A stretch of 64,000 bases of DNA from assembly GCA_951406725.2 (NCBI GenBank), contig OX597827.1, positions 77,810,001-77,874,000 on the forward strand, written 5' to 3'. Made by a program: the position numbers and the translations under genes. The DNA is from Octopus vulgaris (Eukaryota). This document shows positions 22,747 through 35,230 of this stretch, piece by piece. Each line of letters starts with the position of its first letter. The stretch's first letter is position 1. The notes beneath the pieces are model-generated. The model was given only the letters and a program-made list of their open reading frames with translations, was not told where the DNA came from and did not search any database.

Positions 22747-22876
22747 TTATCTGTCTGTCTATCTATCTATCTATCTGTCTATCTAACTATCTATCTATCT
22801 ACCTATTCTCCTATCTGTGTATCTATCTACCCATCCATCCATCCATCCATCTATTTACCTATCTCTTCATCTTTCC

Positions 22877-22924
<48 letters not shown>

Positions 22925-23030
22925 GTCTGTCTGTCTGTCTGTCTCTAGCTATAAATCTATCAATCAAGCTATCTATCTACCTCACTACAACTGTTTGCTT
23001 CATACACACAGGTATATAAAACATACATAC

Positions 23031-23067
<37 letters not shown>

Positions 23068-23335
23068 TACTCACATATATATATATATATATATACTTTT
23101 AAAAAAATAGATAAATTCAGATATATAGAGATAACGATAGCATAGAGGAACAGAGAAGGGTACCTGGAAGAGTGCAGTAAGAGAGAGTGAGGAGTGGGAA
23201 GAGTGACATGAGAGAAATGAGTGAGAGAGAGAGAGAAAGAGTGGAAGAGTGAGTTACCCATTACAGGTTGTTTTTATTTTTTTCACTTATGTGAGTAGAA
23301 GGATGAGTGACAGAAAGCAAGAGATTGAACGTAGG

Positions 23336-23369
<34 letters not shown>

Positions 23370-23653
23370 TCGTACATGACTATTACCGTTTACTGGAACT
23401 GGAAAATACATCTACCAACAGCGATCGATAAACTGATTTTTTCCTTTCCTCTTTTTATCCCGATTCCCTTATTTCAGGCCTTACTACACTGAACATGTAC
23501 GTGTGTGTGTGTGTGTGTGTGTGTGTTGTACATTATAGGTACAGCTTTAATACACACACGCAGACTATCTATCTATCTATCTCTCTCTCTATATATATAT
23601 ACGTGTGTGTATATATATCTATATCTATCTATATATATATGCGTAAATAAAAA

Positions 23654-23689
<36 letters not shown>

Positions 23690-23760
23690 CACATACATAT
23701 AAAATATATACATACACATACCTATGTATATATGTATTTATATTTCTGTATATACAAATG

Positions 23761-23837
<77 letters not shown>

Positions 23838-24403
23838 TGCAGGAGTGGTTGAGTGGTAAGAAGCTTACTTACCAACCATATGGTTCTGGGTTCAGTCCCA
23901 CTGCATGGCACCTTGGGCAAATGTCTTCTACTATAGCCTTGGACTGGATTTGGTTGAAGGAAACTGAAAGAAGCCCGTCATAAATATGCATATATATGTA
24001 TATGGTTGTTTGTGTTTGTCCCCCCACCATCGCTTGACAACCAGTGTTGGTATGGTTACATCCCTGTAAGAATAAGTCCTGGAGACACAGGTGACGAACA
24101 CAGACACACATATATATATACAATGGGCTTCTTTCAGTTTCTGTCTACCAAATCCACTCACAAGGCTTTGGTTGGCCTGAGATTATAGTAGAAGACACTT
24201 GCTCAAGGTGCCATATAGGCATAGGTGTGGCTGTGTAGTAAGTAGCTTGCTTCCCAACCACTTCATTCTGGGTTCAGTCCCACTGCATGGCACCTTGAGC
24301 AAGTGTCTTCTACTATAACCTCAGGCCAACCAAAGCCTTGTGAGTGGATTTGGTAGACAGAAACTGAAAGAAGCCCATTGTATATATATATATATATATA
24401 TAG

Positions 24404-24560
24404 CGGAGTAAACACATAAATGTGAAACAAGGTGGAAAAAGGAGTACTCAAATACCAGAGGTAGAGTAATATGCTTTATCTAAACTGTCCAACGAACAGG
24501 AATGTGAAACTCTGAGTAACAGCTTTTGTTATATTTCTGCTGCTTTTAAAAAAAGTATAT
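24404..24560. mobile_element. Copy of the C4-hammerhead element with inverted tail
   Basis: The tail is in minus orientation (24404-24480), followed by a plus-strand motif at 24482-24525 (core CCAACGA, stem II ACA-GGAA-TGT). Flanked by (TA)n. Confidence 0.65.
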
Positions 24561-24570
24561 ATATAAATAT

Positions 24571-24742
24571 ATAATCAAAATAAGCAAGAAGGATATCCAG
24601 AGTTAATGCATTACCTCTGGATATCCTTGTTGCTTATTTTGATTATCATCACTCCATTTTGAATTATATGGATAATACCATACTAAATTCTGGTGCCTTT
24701 AACTTAAGTACCATATTCAACTGAATCTAAATTTTACTGAAC
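24571..24742. mobile_element. Fold-back fragment: 76-bp palindrome plus extension, homologous to the tail of the 43.8-44.0 kb element
   Basis: 24571-24608 and 24609-24646 are inverted with 2 mismatches. The reverse complement of 24609-24742 aligns by eye with 43815-43960 (GAATATGGTACTTAA, GCACCAG, TATGGTATTA, AAGCAACAAG). Confidence 0.75.
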
Positions 24743-24790
24743 TATATATATATATATATATATACATACACATATATACATATATATATA

Positions 24791-25085
24791 TATATAATAT
24801 TAATTAGAGACAAAACCACTATTTTGCAAATCAAACAAAGAAAGACTTAATCCAATACATAAAAAAATTTATAAATTAAATAAAATTAAATTCGTGGCGA
24901 ATTTAATTTTATTTAATTTATATTAAAAAATTTTTTATGTATTGGCTTAAGTCTTTCTTTGTTTGATTTGCAAAATAGTGGTTTTGTCTCTAATTAATAT
25001 TATATAATATTTTGCTATAAAATTGGATTCAATCCTAAATCTGATTTTTCCCTGTAAATTTGGATTTATTCCCTAATATATTATT
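24791..25085. repeat. AT-rich fold-back element (~105-bp arms, 3-nt loop) plus ~80-bp one-sided extension
   Basis: 24791-24894 and 24898-25006 are inverted around TTCG-TGG-CGAA. Embedded in (TA)n. Confidence 0.85.
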
Positions 25086-25087
25086 AT

Positions 25088-25126
<39 letters not shown>

Positions 25127-26314
25127 TATATACATATATGGGCAGGTGGTATATGTAGGTGAATAGTTAATTTCGCTTCTGAATCGTGAGGTGATGGGTT
25201 CCGTCTCCGTCAGAGAGTATCTTATTATAACTTCAGGACAATCCATGCCCTTATGGGGGGAATCCAGCAAATGGTGTTTGTTAGTCTCGCCCATACCAAA
25301 TATGGTAATTCTACCTCAGGATTACATTAACGGTACATATGTCTGTGGTCTACTCGGCCACCTATGTCTGATATTGAATAAATAGCTGATTCAATTGATT
25401 CAACAACTGGATTAGTCACCATGGAAACTGGCAGAGATCCAGGTTTTTTTTTTCCTTTTCATAAATCCCTTACATATCTAAGACTATATATGTGTATGCC
25501 TCTATATGATTGTGTGTGTGTGTGTGTGTGTACCTTGAAGCTGTGGTACTGGTTTGATGCTGGGCCACACATATACCTTATACCTATATACTTATATATA
25601 CATACATACAATATGTACAAAGAAAAAATATTAAGCTGTTGCTATTTAGCCCCAGGTCGGTCCTGATCGAGCAGACCCATACAGCAGTTTTTCTACATGC
25701 AGGGAACCCAGAAACACATAATTCAACTTGTTCTTTTCTGAGGCAACATGTCTATGGTTTGAGGGATATTTAGGAGCTATATTTAGCAGGTTACACACTT
25801 GTGGATAATCCCTGGCTCTTTAGTAGCTCCTTTCCAACACAAACATATATTATCGTTCAACAATGTTGGAAAGGAGGTGTATATATTTAACATTATATAT
25901 GTTTACAAAATTGAATACAAGTCAATTTTATAAACATGATTATACAATCTGTCTGTATGTCCATCCATCCATTTAGCTGTATCTTTGTCTGGCCATCCAT
26001 TTATCTGTCACTGTATCGAGTCATTTGAATTCCGGTTGAATAAATGCTAGTTTTTGTCTGCGTGAAACCATGGGTTCCAGAAAATTAACATTGATTCTAT
26101 AAAAAATTTTTTTTTTCATCTACTTTCTCATGTGTATACATATTCATTGCAGCATACATACATGCATACACATAAACATGCACACATGCACACATACATG
26201 CATATACTCTATTCTCATATACTCTTCATATATGCATATGTCTAAGACATGAATTTATGAGGTATTTCATTATTCGGCCAATTGAGGTGTTTAATCATAT
26301 TGAGTGCTCTAAAG

Positions 26315-27690
26315 CTAATCAGTCACGGCCCATGTTTCACTGCCATGTAGCATGGCTGTTTGTATACATGCATCATACAGTCTACTTGTTACCCTGAGCG
26401 AGAGGCCCTTTGTCACCAGCAGAGGTAAGAGCTCTCTGAACTTTGCCCAGACTATTCTTATTCTAGCAGCTACACTCTCAGTGCATCCACCCCGGCTACT
26501 GACTTGGTCACCTAGGTAACAGAAGCTATCAACTACTTCTAGTTTTTCTCCCCGGAATGTGGCAGAAGTTGTTCTCTGCACATTTTCAGTGTTTATTGCT
26601 CCTGATCATCTGCCACATACAATAACTATCTTCCCAGTTAGCCTTCTTTTGATATTACTGCACCTCTTATGCGTCCATAGCTTACACTGGGTACATCTTA
26701 CAGAGTTTCTACCTATGCCTTTTCTACAGATTGAGCAGAGCCATCTACCTGAAGGGATTTGTAGTTTGCCTGCCTTCCTACTTATTAGGACTTTGGTTTT
26801 AGCTAGGTTGACTCTAAGGCCCTTCGATTCTAATCCTTGCTTCCACACCTGAAACTTCTCCTCTAGTTCTGATAGTGACTCAGCAATTAGAGCAAGGTCA
26901 TTAGCAGAGAGGAGCTCCCAGGGGCACCCTGTCTTGAATTCCTCTGTTATTGTCTGAAGGACTATGATAAATATGAGAGGGCTGAGGACTGAACCTTGGT
27001 GGACCCCTACCTCTACCCAGAATTCTTCACTGTACTTGTTGCCAACCCTTACCTTACAGACAGTGTCCCTCTACATAGCTTGTACAGCTCTCACTAACCA
27101 TTCCTCTATCCCTAGTTTCCTCATTGACCACCAGATAAGGGACCGAGGGACCCTGTGAAAGGCGTTCTCCATGTCAACAAAAGCCAGGTACAGGGGCTTA
27201 TCTTTAGCTAGATATTTCTCCTGAAGCTGTCTTACCAGAAATATAGCATCAGTGGTGCTTTTCCATGGCACGAAACCAAACTGTATCTCATCTAAACTGA
27301 CTCTCTCCTTAATTAGTTGGGCTATGACCCTCTCCGTGACCTTCATTACCTGATCCAACAGTTTGATACCTCTGTAATTATTTGTATCTAAAGCGTCACC
27401 TTTACATTTGTAGCAGTTGACTATTATGCTGCTACACCAGTCATTGAATATGACTCCTTTGTGTATCACCTGGTTAACTATACAGGTGACTAGGCTATAG
27501 CTGACGCTGCCATATATTCTGAGCATCTCTGCAGTGATTCCTGATGGGCCGGGGGTTTTCCCTGTCTTCATAGTCTTAATTGCTTTATCTACCAAGGTAC
27601 TGTCAACTTGGATAGCTGGTCCCTTTGTTGGGTCGACATTCAGCAGACTCTCTTTCTCCCATTCATTTTCTTTATTCAGCAACCTTTCAT
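26315..27690 (-). mobile_element. RTE-clade LINE reverse transcriptase pseudogene fragment with internal PHD-like Cys/His motif
   Basis: Motifs KTPGPSGI, NYRGIKLL, QFGFVP, LAFVDMENAFHRVP, GVHQGSVLSP, FCYLGD and HGSETW. Catalytic YADD is decayed to SAND (26897-26908). In-frame stops present. Confidence 0.92.
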
Positions 27691-27992
27691 CTATATACAT
27701 ATATATTGTTTTCTTCTTTTACATGTTTCACCCCTAAGGCTGTGGCCATATATCTACATATAATGTGGTAGGATTAATCGAGTGATTGTGGTGTCATGCA
27801 GCTAATTTGTCCCAAGTGTAAATACGGTTGTATAGAAAATACACGTGATTCGATAATTAATCAATAAAATATAATGATCACTGTATCAAATACAGTTCGT
27901 CCCGTATCGAGATTACGCAGGAAATTCCGGAATGATGACAGGTGATATATAACTCTACGTGGAAAGTAACAAACGTTGCTTATAATGTCGTT

Positions 27993-28092
27993 GAGTACTA
28001 CAATTGTTTCAAAAGCCCATGGGATGTAATTTATGTATCACTTCAAATGTCCCACAACCGTCTGATGTGCTTTAGAAGCAATTGTAGTACTC
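27993..28092. repeat. Hairpin with ~28-bp arms
   Basis: GAGTACTACAATTGTTTCAAAAGCCCAT (27993-28020) versus ATGTGCTTTAGAAGCAATTGTAGTACTC (28065-28092). Confidence 0.7.
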
Positions 28093-28131
28093 GACAGCCT
28101 TTTGTATCCCTTTTATAATAACACACACACT

Positions 28132-28163
<32 letters not shown>

Positions 28164-28249
28164 AGTGTGTGTGTATATTTTGATTTTGATTTTGATTTTC
28201 CAGTTTCAGCTAATGAGCTGTGGCCATGCTGGGGCACCGCCATTTATAT

Positions 28250-28420
28250 TCATATACTTTATTTAAAGCAGCAGAAAATTTGTTACTCTGAGTTTCCCGT
28301 TGCTGTTCATCGGACAGTTTTTGCTAGAAATAATACATAAAAATAAAGCATATTACTCTACCACTGGTATTTGAGTACTCTTTTTTCCACCTTGTTTCAC
28401 ATTTATGTGTTTACTCCGGT
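28250..28420. mobile_element. Copy of the C4-hammerhead element with inverted tail
   Basis: Minus-strand motif at 28281-28322 (core CCGATGA, loop GCAA, helix III ACTC-A-GAGT), then the tail in plus orientation to 28420, ending in (TA)n. Confidence 0.65.
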
Positions 28421-28649
28421 ATATATATATACTCTTTTATTCTTTTACTTGTTTCAGTCATTTGACTGAGGTCATGCTGGAGCACCACCTTTAGTCAAGC
28501 AAATGGACCCCAGAGCTTCTTCTTTGTAAGCCTAGTACTTATTCTATTGGTCTCTTTTGCTGAACCGCTAGGTTACATGGATGCAAACACACCAGCATCG
28601 GTTGTCAAGTGATGTTGGGGGACAAACACAGACACACAAACACACACAC

Positions 28650-28704
<55 letters not shown>

Positions 28705-29134
28705 CAAACATATACAACGGGCTTCTTCCAGTTTCCGTCTACCAATTCCCCTCTCAAGGTTTTGGTCAGCCAGAGGCCATTGTAGAAGACACATGCCCAA
28801 GGTGTCGCACAGTGGGACTGAACCCAGGACCATGTGGTTGGTAAAAAAATACGTCACACTCTGTATATACGCACACATATATATATGTACACACATACAC
28901 ACATATAACTACACACACACACACATAAATGTATACATACACACATATGTATGTACACTCACACATACACACATATATACACACAAACACTCACATACAT
29001 ATATGCACATACACACATGCACATATATTTACGACATTAAACGCCCGGCTGCTCTAATCACAAGCTTCTATCTGTTGCATCTCTCCTGAGGTATCGCCTG
29101 TCAATATTTCTGTTTCTGTGGAAGTTTCCAGTTA

Positions 29135-29290
29135 ATGTCTGGAGGAGAACTCCAACTGCCACATTTTTCTGCATTTGGTGTAATATTTTCGGATCGCTCT
29201 CTCTTTGCTCACAGAACCCTCAAATGATATATTTTCATCAATGTCCAGATATTTGTATTGTGCATTGTGAGAAAAAGGAGAAATAGAGAA
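29135..29290 (-). mobile_element. R4/Dong-like LINE RT fragment
   Basis: YKYLDIDENISFEGSVSKERAIRKYYTKCRKMWQLEFS matches the recalled YKYLG.DEN...KER..KEY..R.RKIW.SELS pattern. Confidence 0.55.
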
Positions 29291-29484
29291 GAAACTGTCG
29301 GTGCAGGGGTTTTGGATCTGAGGAACAGATTTATTACATTGAACAATGGAATGTGTGTGTGTGTGTGTGTGTGCATATGTGCGTTTGTGTGAGTGAGAGA
29401 GCAAGCAGCACATTCCATCAAAGTGATGCCGGGGCACAAATATACAAAACCCAGTATACCCATCTGATAAGTGTACACCAGACA

Positions 29485-29651
29485 TGGGGCCAGCCCTAAA
29501 GTTGCTGGCGCACCAGGCAAGCTGAACTTCGGCACCCTTACAAGTATGATCTTTTAAAACTTTCACAAGGAGAAAAACTGAAAATGCAGACTAAAAAGCA
29601 GATGGTTCCCTGGGTAACTGCCCAAGTTTCTGGTACCTTGAGCCAGCCCTG
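29485..29651. mobile_element. hAT-type MITE
   Basis: Imperfect TIRs (TGGGGCCAGC.../...GCCAGCCCTG) and an 8-bp TSD ACCAGACA at 29477-29484 and 29652-29659. It interrupts a repeat also seen at 33178-33260. Confidence 0.7.
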
Positions 29652-31101
29652 ACCAGACACTGGCACTACAACTATATGTGTACAACATGGTGATCTCATA
29701 TCAAGATATACAACGCATGTCCTTGCAAGTGGGGCCTAGTTAGGATTTTGCAGGTTGATTAGCCTGTCCTGCTCAAAAGGCCTCTGAATAAAGGTTGTTT
29801 AAGGATGATGAACAAAATACCCATATTTCCAGGAGGGAATTATTCAAACCTCAAATAATTCCTCTCAACACAAAGCTATGATGTTATGTATGTCTGTACA
29901 TTTGTATGTATGTATGCATATATTTATTTGTTTATTGGCCACAGGGTGCTAAACATAGAGAGGACAAACTAGGACAGATAAAGGGATTAAGTCGATTACA
30001 TCGACCCCAGTGCGTAACTGGTACTTATTTAACACCTGAAAGAATGAAAGGCAAAGTTGACCTCGGCAGAATTTGAACTCAGAATGTAATGGCTGACGAA
30101 ATACCGATGTGCTAACGATTCTGCCAGCAAACTGCCCTTCATGTATGTATGCATATATTGGAAGTTTGTATTATCTATGTATGCAACTGTGGAGGCACAA
30201 TGGTCCAGTGGTTAGGGCAGTGGACTCGTGGTCATAGGATTGTGGTTTTGATTCCCAGATCGAGCATGGTGAGTGTTTATTGAGCAAAAACACCTAAAGC
30301 CCTACGTGGCTCCAGCAGTGGGGTGGTGGCGAACCCTGCTGTATACTTCCACCGCAACTTTCTCTCACTCTTTCTTCCTCTTTCTGACGTACCTGTATTT
30401 CAAAGGGCAAGCCTTGTCACTGAATCTCCCTGAGAACTACGTTAAGGGTACACGTGTCTGTGGAGTACTCAGCCACTTGCATGATAATTTCACGAGCAGG
30501 CTATTCCGTTGATCGGATCAACTGGAACCCTCGTAGCTGTAACCAACCGAGTGCCAGAAATGTATGCAACTCTTGCATGTAAATGTATCAGTATGTATGT
30601 TCATATATTTGTACGTGATTATGTCAACCATCAATAAGCTTAACTTAGTGATTTGATAAAACATCAATTGAGAAAAGAAGTCCTAGAGTGAATATCAATT
30701 CTCAATCTGTTGGCAGTGGTGCTCCAGCATGGCTGCAGTCTAATGGCTAAAACCAATCATCATCATCATCATCATTTAACGTCTGCTTTCCATGCTAGCA
30801 TGGGTTGGACGATCTGACTGAGGTCTGGCGAACCAGACTCCAATCTGATCTGGCAGAGTTTCTACAGCTGGATGCCCTTCCTAATGCCAACCACTCCAAG
30901 AGTGTAGTGGGTGCTTTTACGTGCCACCGGCACGAGGGCCAGTTTGGTAGCACTGGCAACGGCCACGCCCAATTGGTGCTTTTTACCTGTGCCACCTGCA
31001 CAGGAGCCAGTCCAGCGGCACTGCTGAATACCTCGCTCAAATGTTTCATGTGCCATCAGCACAGTGCTCGTTCCCACAAAATGTCTGGCTATCAAACTGG
31101 A

Positions 31102-31750
31102 ACAGTTGTTCTTAACCGGGGTTCATATAAGATTTTGATGTTAAAAATTACAAGCAATAGACTGCTTATGATTTCTAAAATACACAAAACAATTTTTTTT
31201 TTATGCAGTTCCTAATAATATTTAACTATAGGTGCAGGAGTGGCTGTGTGGTAAGTAGCTTGCTTACCAACCACATGGTTCCAGGTTCAGTCCCACTGTG
31301 TGGCACCTTGGGCAAGTGTCTTCTACTATAACCTCGAACTGACCAAAGCCTTGTGAGTGGATTTGGTAGATGGAAACTGAAAGAAGCCCGTCGTATATAT
31401 GTATATGTATACATATATGTGTGTGTGTGTTTGTGTGTCTGTGTTTGTTCCCCCAACATCGCTTGACAACCGATGCTGGTGTGTTTACATCCCCTGTAAC
31501 TTAGCGGTACAGCAAAAGAGACTGATAGAATAAGTACTAGGCTTTCAGAGAATAAGTCCTGGTGTCGATTTGCTCGACTAAAGGCGGTGCTCCAGCATGG
31601 CCACAGTCAAATGACTGAAACAAGTAAAAAAGTAAAAGAGTATAGAAGTATTATAGGGCTTTTAAAACATGAAATGGCTATGAGGGTCCACCAGAGTAAC
31701 ATAGGACTCAAATGGGTCTGTAAATTTAAAAAAATGGTTGAGAGCTGCAG
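31102..31750. mobile_element. Degenerate hAT-like MITE interrupted by a SINE
   Basis: Ends CAGTTGTTCTTAACC and GGTTGAGAGCTGCAG. A SINE family A copy lies at 31231-31640. Confidence 0.45.
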
Positions 31751-33258
31751 ACCTAGAGTGTCCAGGTATTGCTGAGTTATGGAGTTGTGTTCATTAGACA
31801 TTGTCATGTAGGATACATGTCAAACCAGTTTTCATCCAGCTGTGGTCAACCTTGTTTTTCATCTTCCCGGGGGTTTGATAAAATAAAGTCCCAGTCAAGT
31901 ACTGGAGTTCATGGTATTGTCAAAAGCACTGCCTTGAAATTTCTGGCCTTGTAACTAAATTTGAAACTACCAAACTTCATGGTAAATAAGATACACCTAT
32001 TTCTTTACTACCCACAAGGGGCTAAACACAGAGAGGACAAACAAGGACAGACAAATGGATTAAGTCGATTATATTGACCCCAGAGTGTAACTGGTACTTA
32101 TTTAATCGACCCCAAAAGGATGAAAGGCAAAGTCGACCTTGGTGGAATTTGAACTCAGAACGTAACGGCAGACAAAATACGGCTACGCATTTCACCCAGT
32201 GTGCTAAAGTTTCCGCCAGCTCGCCGACTTTGATCCAACCTGGATCCTGTGTGCAAAGTTAGGCGTATATTACATGTTTTGATTCATTAAGAATCGTTTT
32301 TGCCAGAATATGTGATGCTGAAAGTGTATTGCATCTAACATGGTCGTGTGTCTTATATTTCATCAAGTATGGTATATATTTTTCTTTACTACCCACAAGG
32401 GGCTAAACATAGAGGAGACAAACAAGGACAGACAAAGGGATCAAGTCAATTACATCGACCCCAGTGTGAAACTGGTACTTTATTTATCGACCCCCGAAAG
32501 GATGAAAGGCAAAGTCGACCTCGGCGGAATTTGAACTCAGGACGTAATGACAGACGAAATACCGCTAAGCATTTCGTTTGGCATGCTAACATTTCTGCCA
32601 GCTCGCCGCCTTACTCAAGTATAGTATATATGTCGCTTTGGTAGTTTTAGTATGTCTAGTAGCTATGGTTAAAGAGATAATGTCATGGACAGCATTCAAA
32701 GAACTGAGAAGACCGGCACTTCTCTCAGAGGCCAAACCCTCATTGACTCCAACTACACTCCAGTAAATTTACAGAAAGCTGTATGAGAATGTTGAGTATG
32801 ACTTAAGTGAAGGAGTTACACTCAGTATGATATGAGTAGACCGGGGAATACAGCTGGGAAATTGTCTGAAAGTAAATGAGGAGTTCTTTGTTTGGGTCCA
32901 GGGGTCAGTCCCCCCCCTGACCTACTGGATTGTTTCACTTCTGTTTTTCGTTTTTTTTTATGAGGTCTCCTTATACCTGATTCTGAGGCAAACGGCTGCC
33001 ATTTTTATTACCTACCCTCGTCATATCCATTCTTCTCCTTCTTACCCCCTTTTTTCTTCTTTTATGTATTTATTTCATTCTTTCTCTGCCTGTTTCCTTC
33101 TTGTTCCTTTTTGCTCTCCTGTCTTCATTCGTACTTTCATACCTTTTAAAATTATTTATTATTATTATTGAGTGAGTGAGAGAGCAGTGCATGCCATCAA
33201 AGTGACACTGGGGTAAAATATACAAAGCCCAGTATACCCATGATGACTACCCGTCTGA

Positions 33259-33289
<31 letters not shown>

Positions 33290-34389
33290 TGATTTTTGTT
33301 AGCCCTTGTGGCCAATAAACGAATTAATTATTATTATTATTATTATTTTGCTGCCTCCTCTCTTTGAATTTCCTTTATTCCCCAATCCCACAATATCCTT
33401 CATTCTTTTATTCCTTTTAAACCATTCTTTCACTGACTGTTTTCATCCTTCTTCTTTGTTTTTAGTTTTACTATAAAATTATTTTGTCTTTGCAAATTCT
33501 CCTTCAATTTCCTCCTTCCTTATCAGTTTCATTCATTCATTTTTTCTTCATCCTTTCTGTGTTTCATTTTCCTTCATCCTTTCCACCTTCATTAATTTCT
33601 TTCTTTTCTCTCTACTTTCTGTCACGATCTTTCATTCCACCTCTTTCAATTTTCCTTTCATTCATCTATAAACTCATTCATTATAAATTCACTTGTACAT
33701 AAATTCATTTTTACCTGCTTTCATTCACTAACATCCTTCCTTCTCTCATTTGTTTTTATACTCATTCTTTCTCTGCGTGTTTTCTTCACAATCCTTTTTT
33801 TCCCATTTCATCCTTTTTATTCCTTCAGATTCTTTTTTAAATTCCTTCCCCACCTTTATTCCCATCTCTTAATTCTTCCTTCCTTCCCACCAAATCCCCC
33901 CCCCCTTCCTTACCTCATTTCCCTTCTTTCATTCCCCCCCACCACCAATATAGATATATCATCCTCCCCTTCTTCATTTCCAATCTTCTTTCATTCTTTC
34001 CGCTCTTCCTTCCCAATTCCTTCATTTCTTTCCTCTTACATTTTTTAACAAATCTTCTTGAATTTTTTTCCTTCATATCTTTCTTTCTTTCCTATATTTC
34101 ATTCTTTCTTTCACCTCTCACATCCCTCACTCTCCCTACACCTCTCAACATTTCTTTCGTTCTCCCTCTCCCATTATTTCTGCACTCTCACCTTTACTCT
34201 CTCAACGCTTCCCCCCTCCCATTATTTCCTTCATTCTTGCCGTCACCACTCCTCTTCTCTCCCTCTCTCAATCGCATTATTACCTCCACTCTCACTACAC
34301 CTCACTCTTCCTCTCCCATTATTTTCTCACTCTCACCTTTACTCACCTTACACCTCACTTCCCCTCTCATTATCATTCTTCTCATCATT

Positions 34390-35230
34390 TCAGGTCATTC
34401 CTGATCAAAATTATGACCAAAGGCGTTCCAGCCTCGACCACCCCACACTCAAATATAATCTCTATCAAGACAATAAAATGTTTTACTGCTATTTCTAGCA
34501 GGTCTACATGTGTTGTTAATATCGTTGGCGCTTGTACTATTTAACCCCAGGTCAGCCCCGATCCGTACAGATCTATGATCAAAGACGATCCAGTCGTGAT
34601 CTTCCATCCAAGATTTGCAAAGCCTAATGCAGCAGTTTTTGATAGAGATTTGGCTGCTATTTCTAGCAGATCCAGTGACCATGCAGAGGCTATTTCACCT
34701 GCTTGAGGCTAGAAATAGTAAAACTATAATTAAAATCATTCCAAACATGACCATCCTGCTTTTTTCAGGCACAGTCTATCAAGGAATACATCAATCCAGT
34801 ATGTCCTTGCCTTTTTGAAGACGGCAGAAATGGCTTGAGGAAAATTTGGTTGTTATTTTTAGCAGACCAATTGACCAGCTGTAAAGTGTGGTAGTGCTGT
34901 TTTAGCCCTAGGTCAGGCTCGATCCATATCAGACGTTCCAGCTGTGGCCATCCGGTCTTTTTTTTCCCCCCGAATGGCCTGTATTATCAATATGTTAGTG
35001 TTGTTTAACCACAGGATAACTCGGATCCAGCAATCGAATCAATGATCATGAACGTTCCACCCGAGACTGTCACCTTTTTTTTTCTTTTTCTTTGTTGTTG
35101 TTGTTGTTACCAGAAACTGTTTATGACGATGTGTCCTTCCCTTTTTTAAGTCAGAAAGAGAGAGAGATTTGGCTGCTATTTCAAGGAAATCGCGAGATTA
35201 CGAAGAGACGCCTTGGTCAGTTGGTTCATG
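34390..35230 (-). mobile_element. Cluster of fragments of an old SINE-like family E
   Basis: Recurrent TATGATCAAAG...TTCCAG...GACCATCC and TTTGGCTGCTATTTCTAGCAG blocks. Relatives at ~100-215, 6150-6360, 25640-25830, 49080-49150 and 50410-50540. Confidence 0.6.

Noticed and set aside
27930-28066. C/D-box snoRNA (ATGATGA ... CTGA)
   Set aside because: No terminal stem or recognisable rRNA guide, and it overlaps a hairpin repeat.
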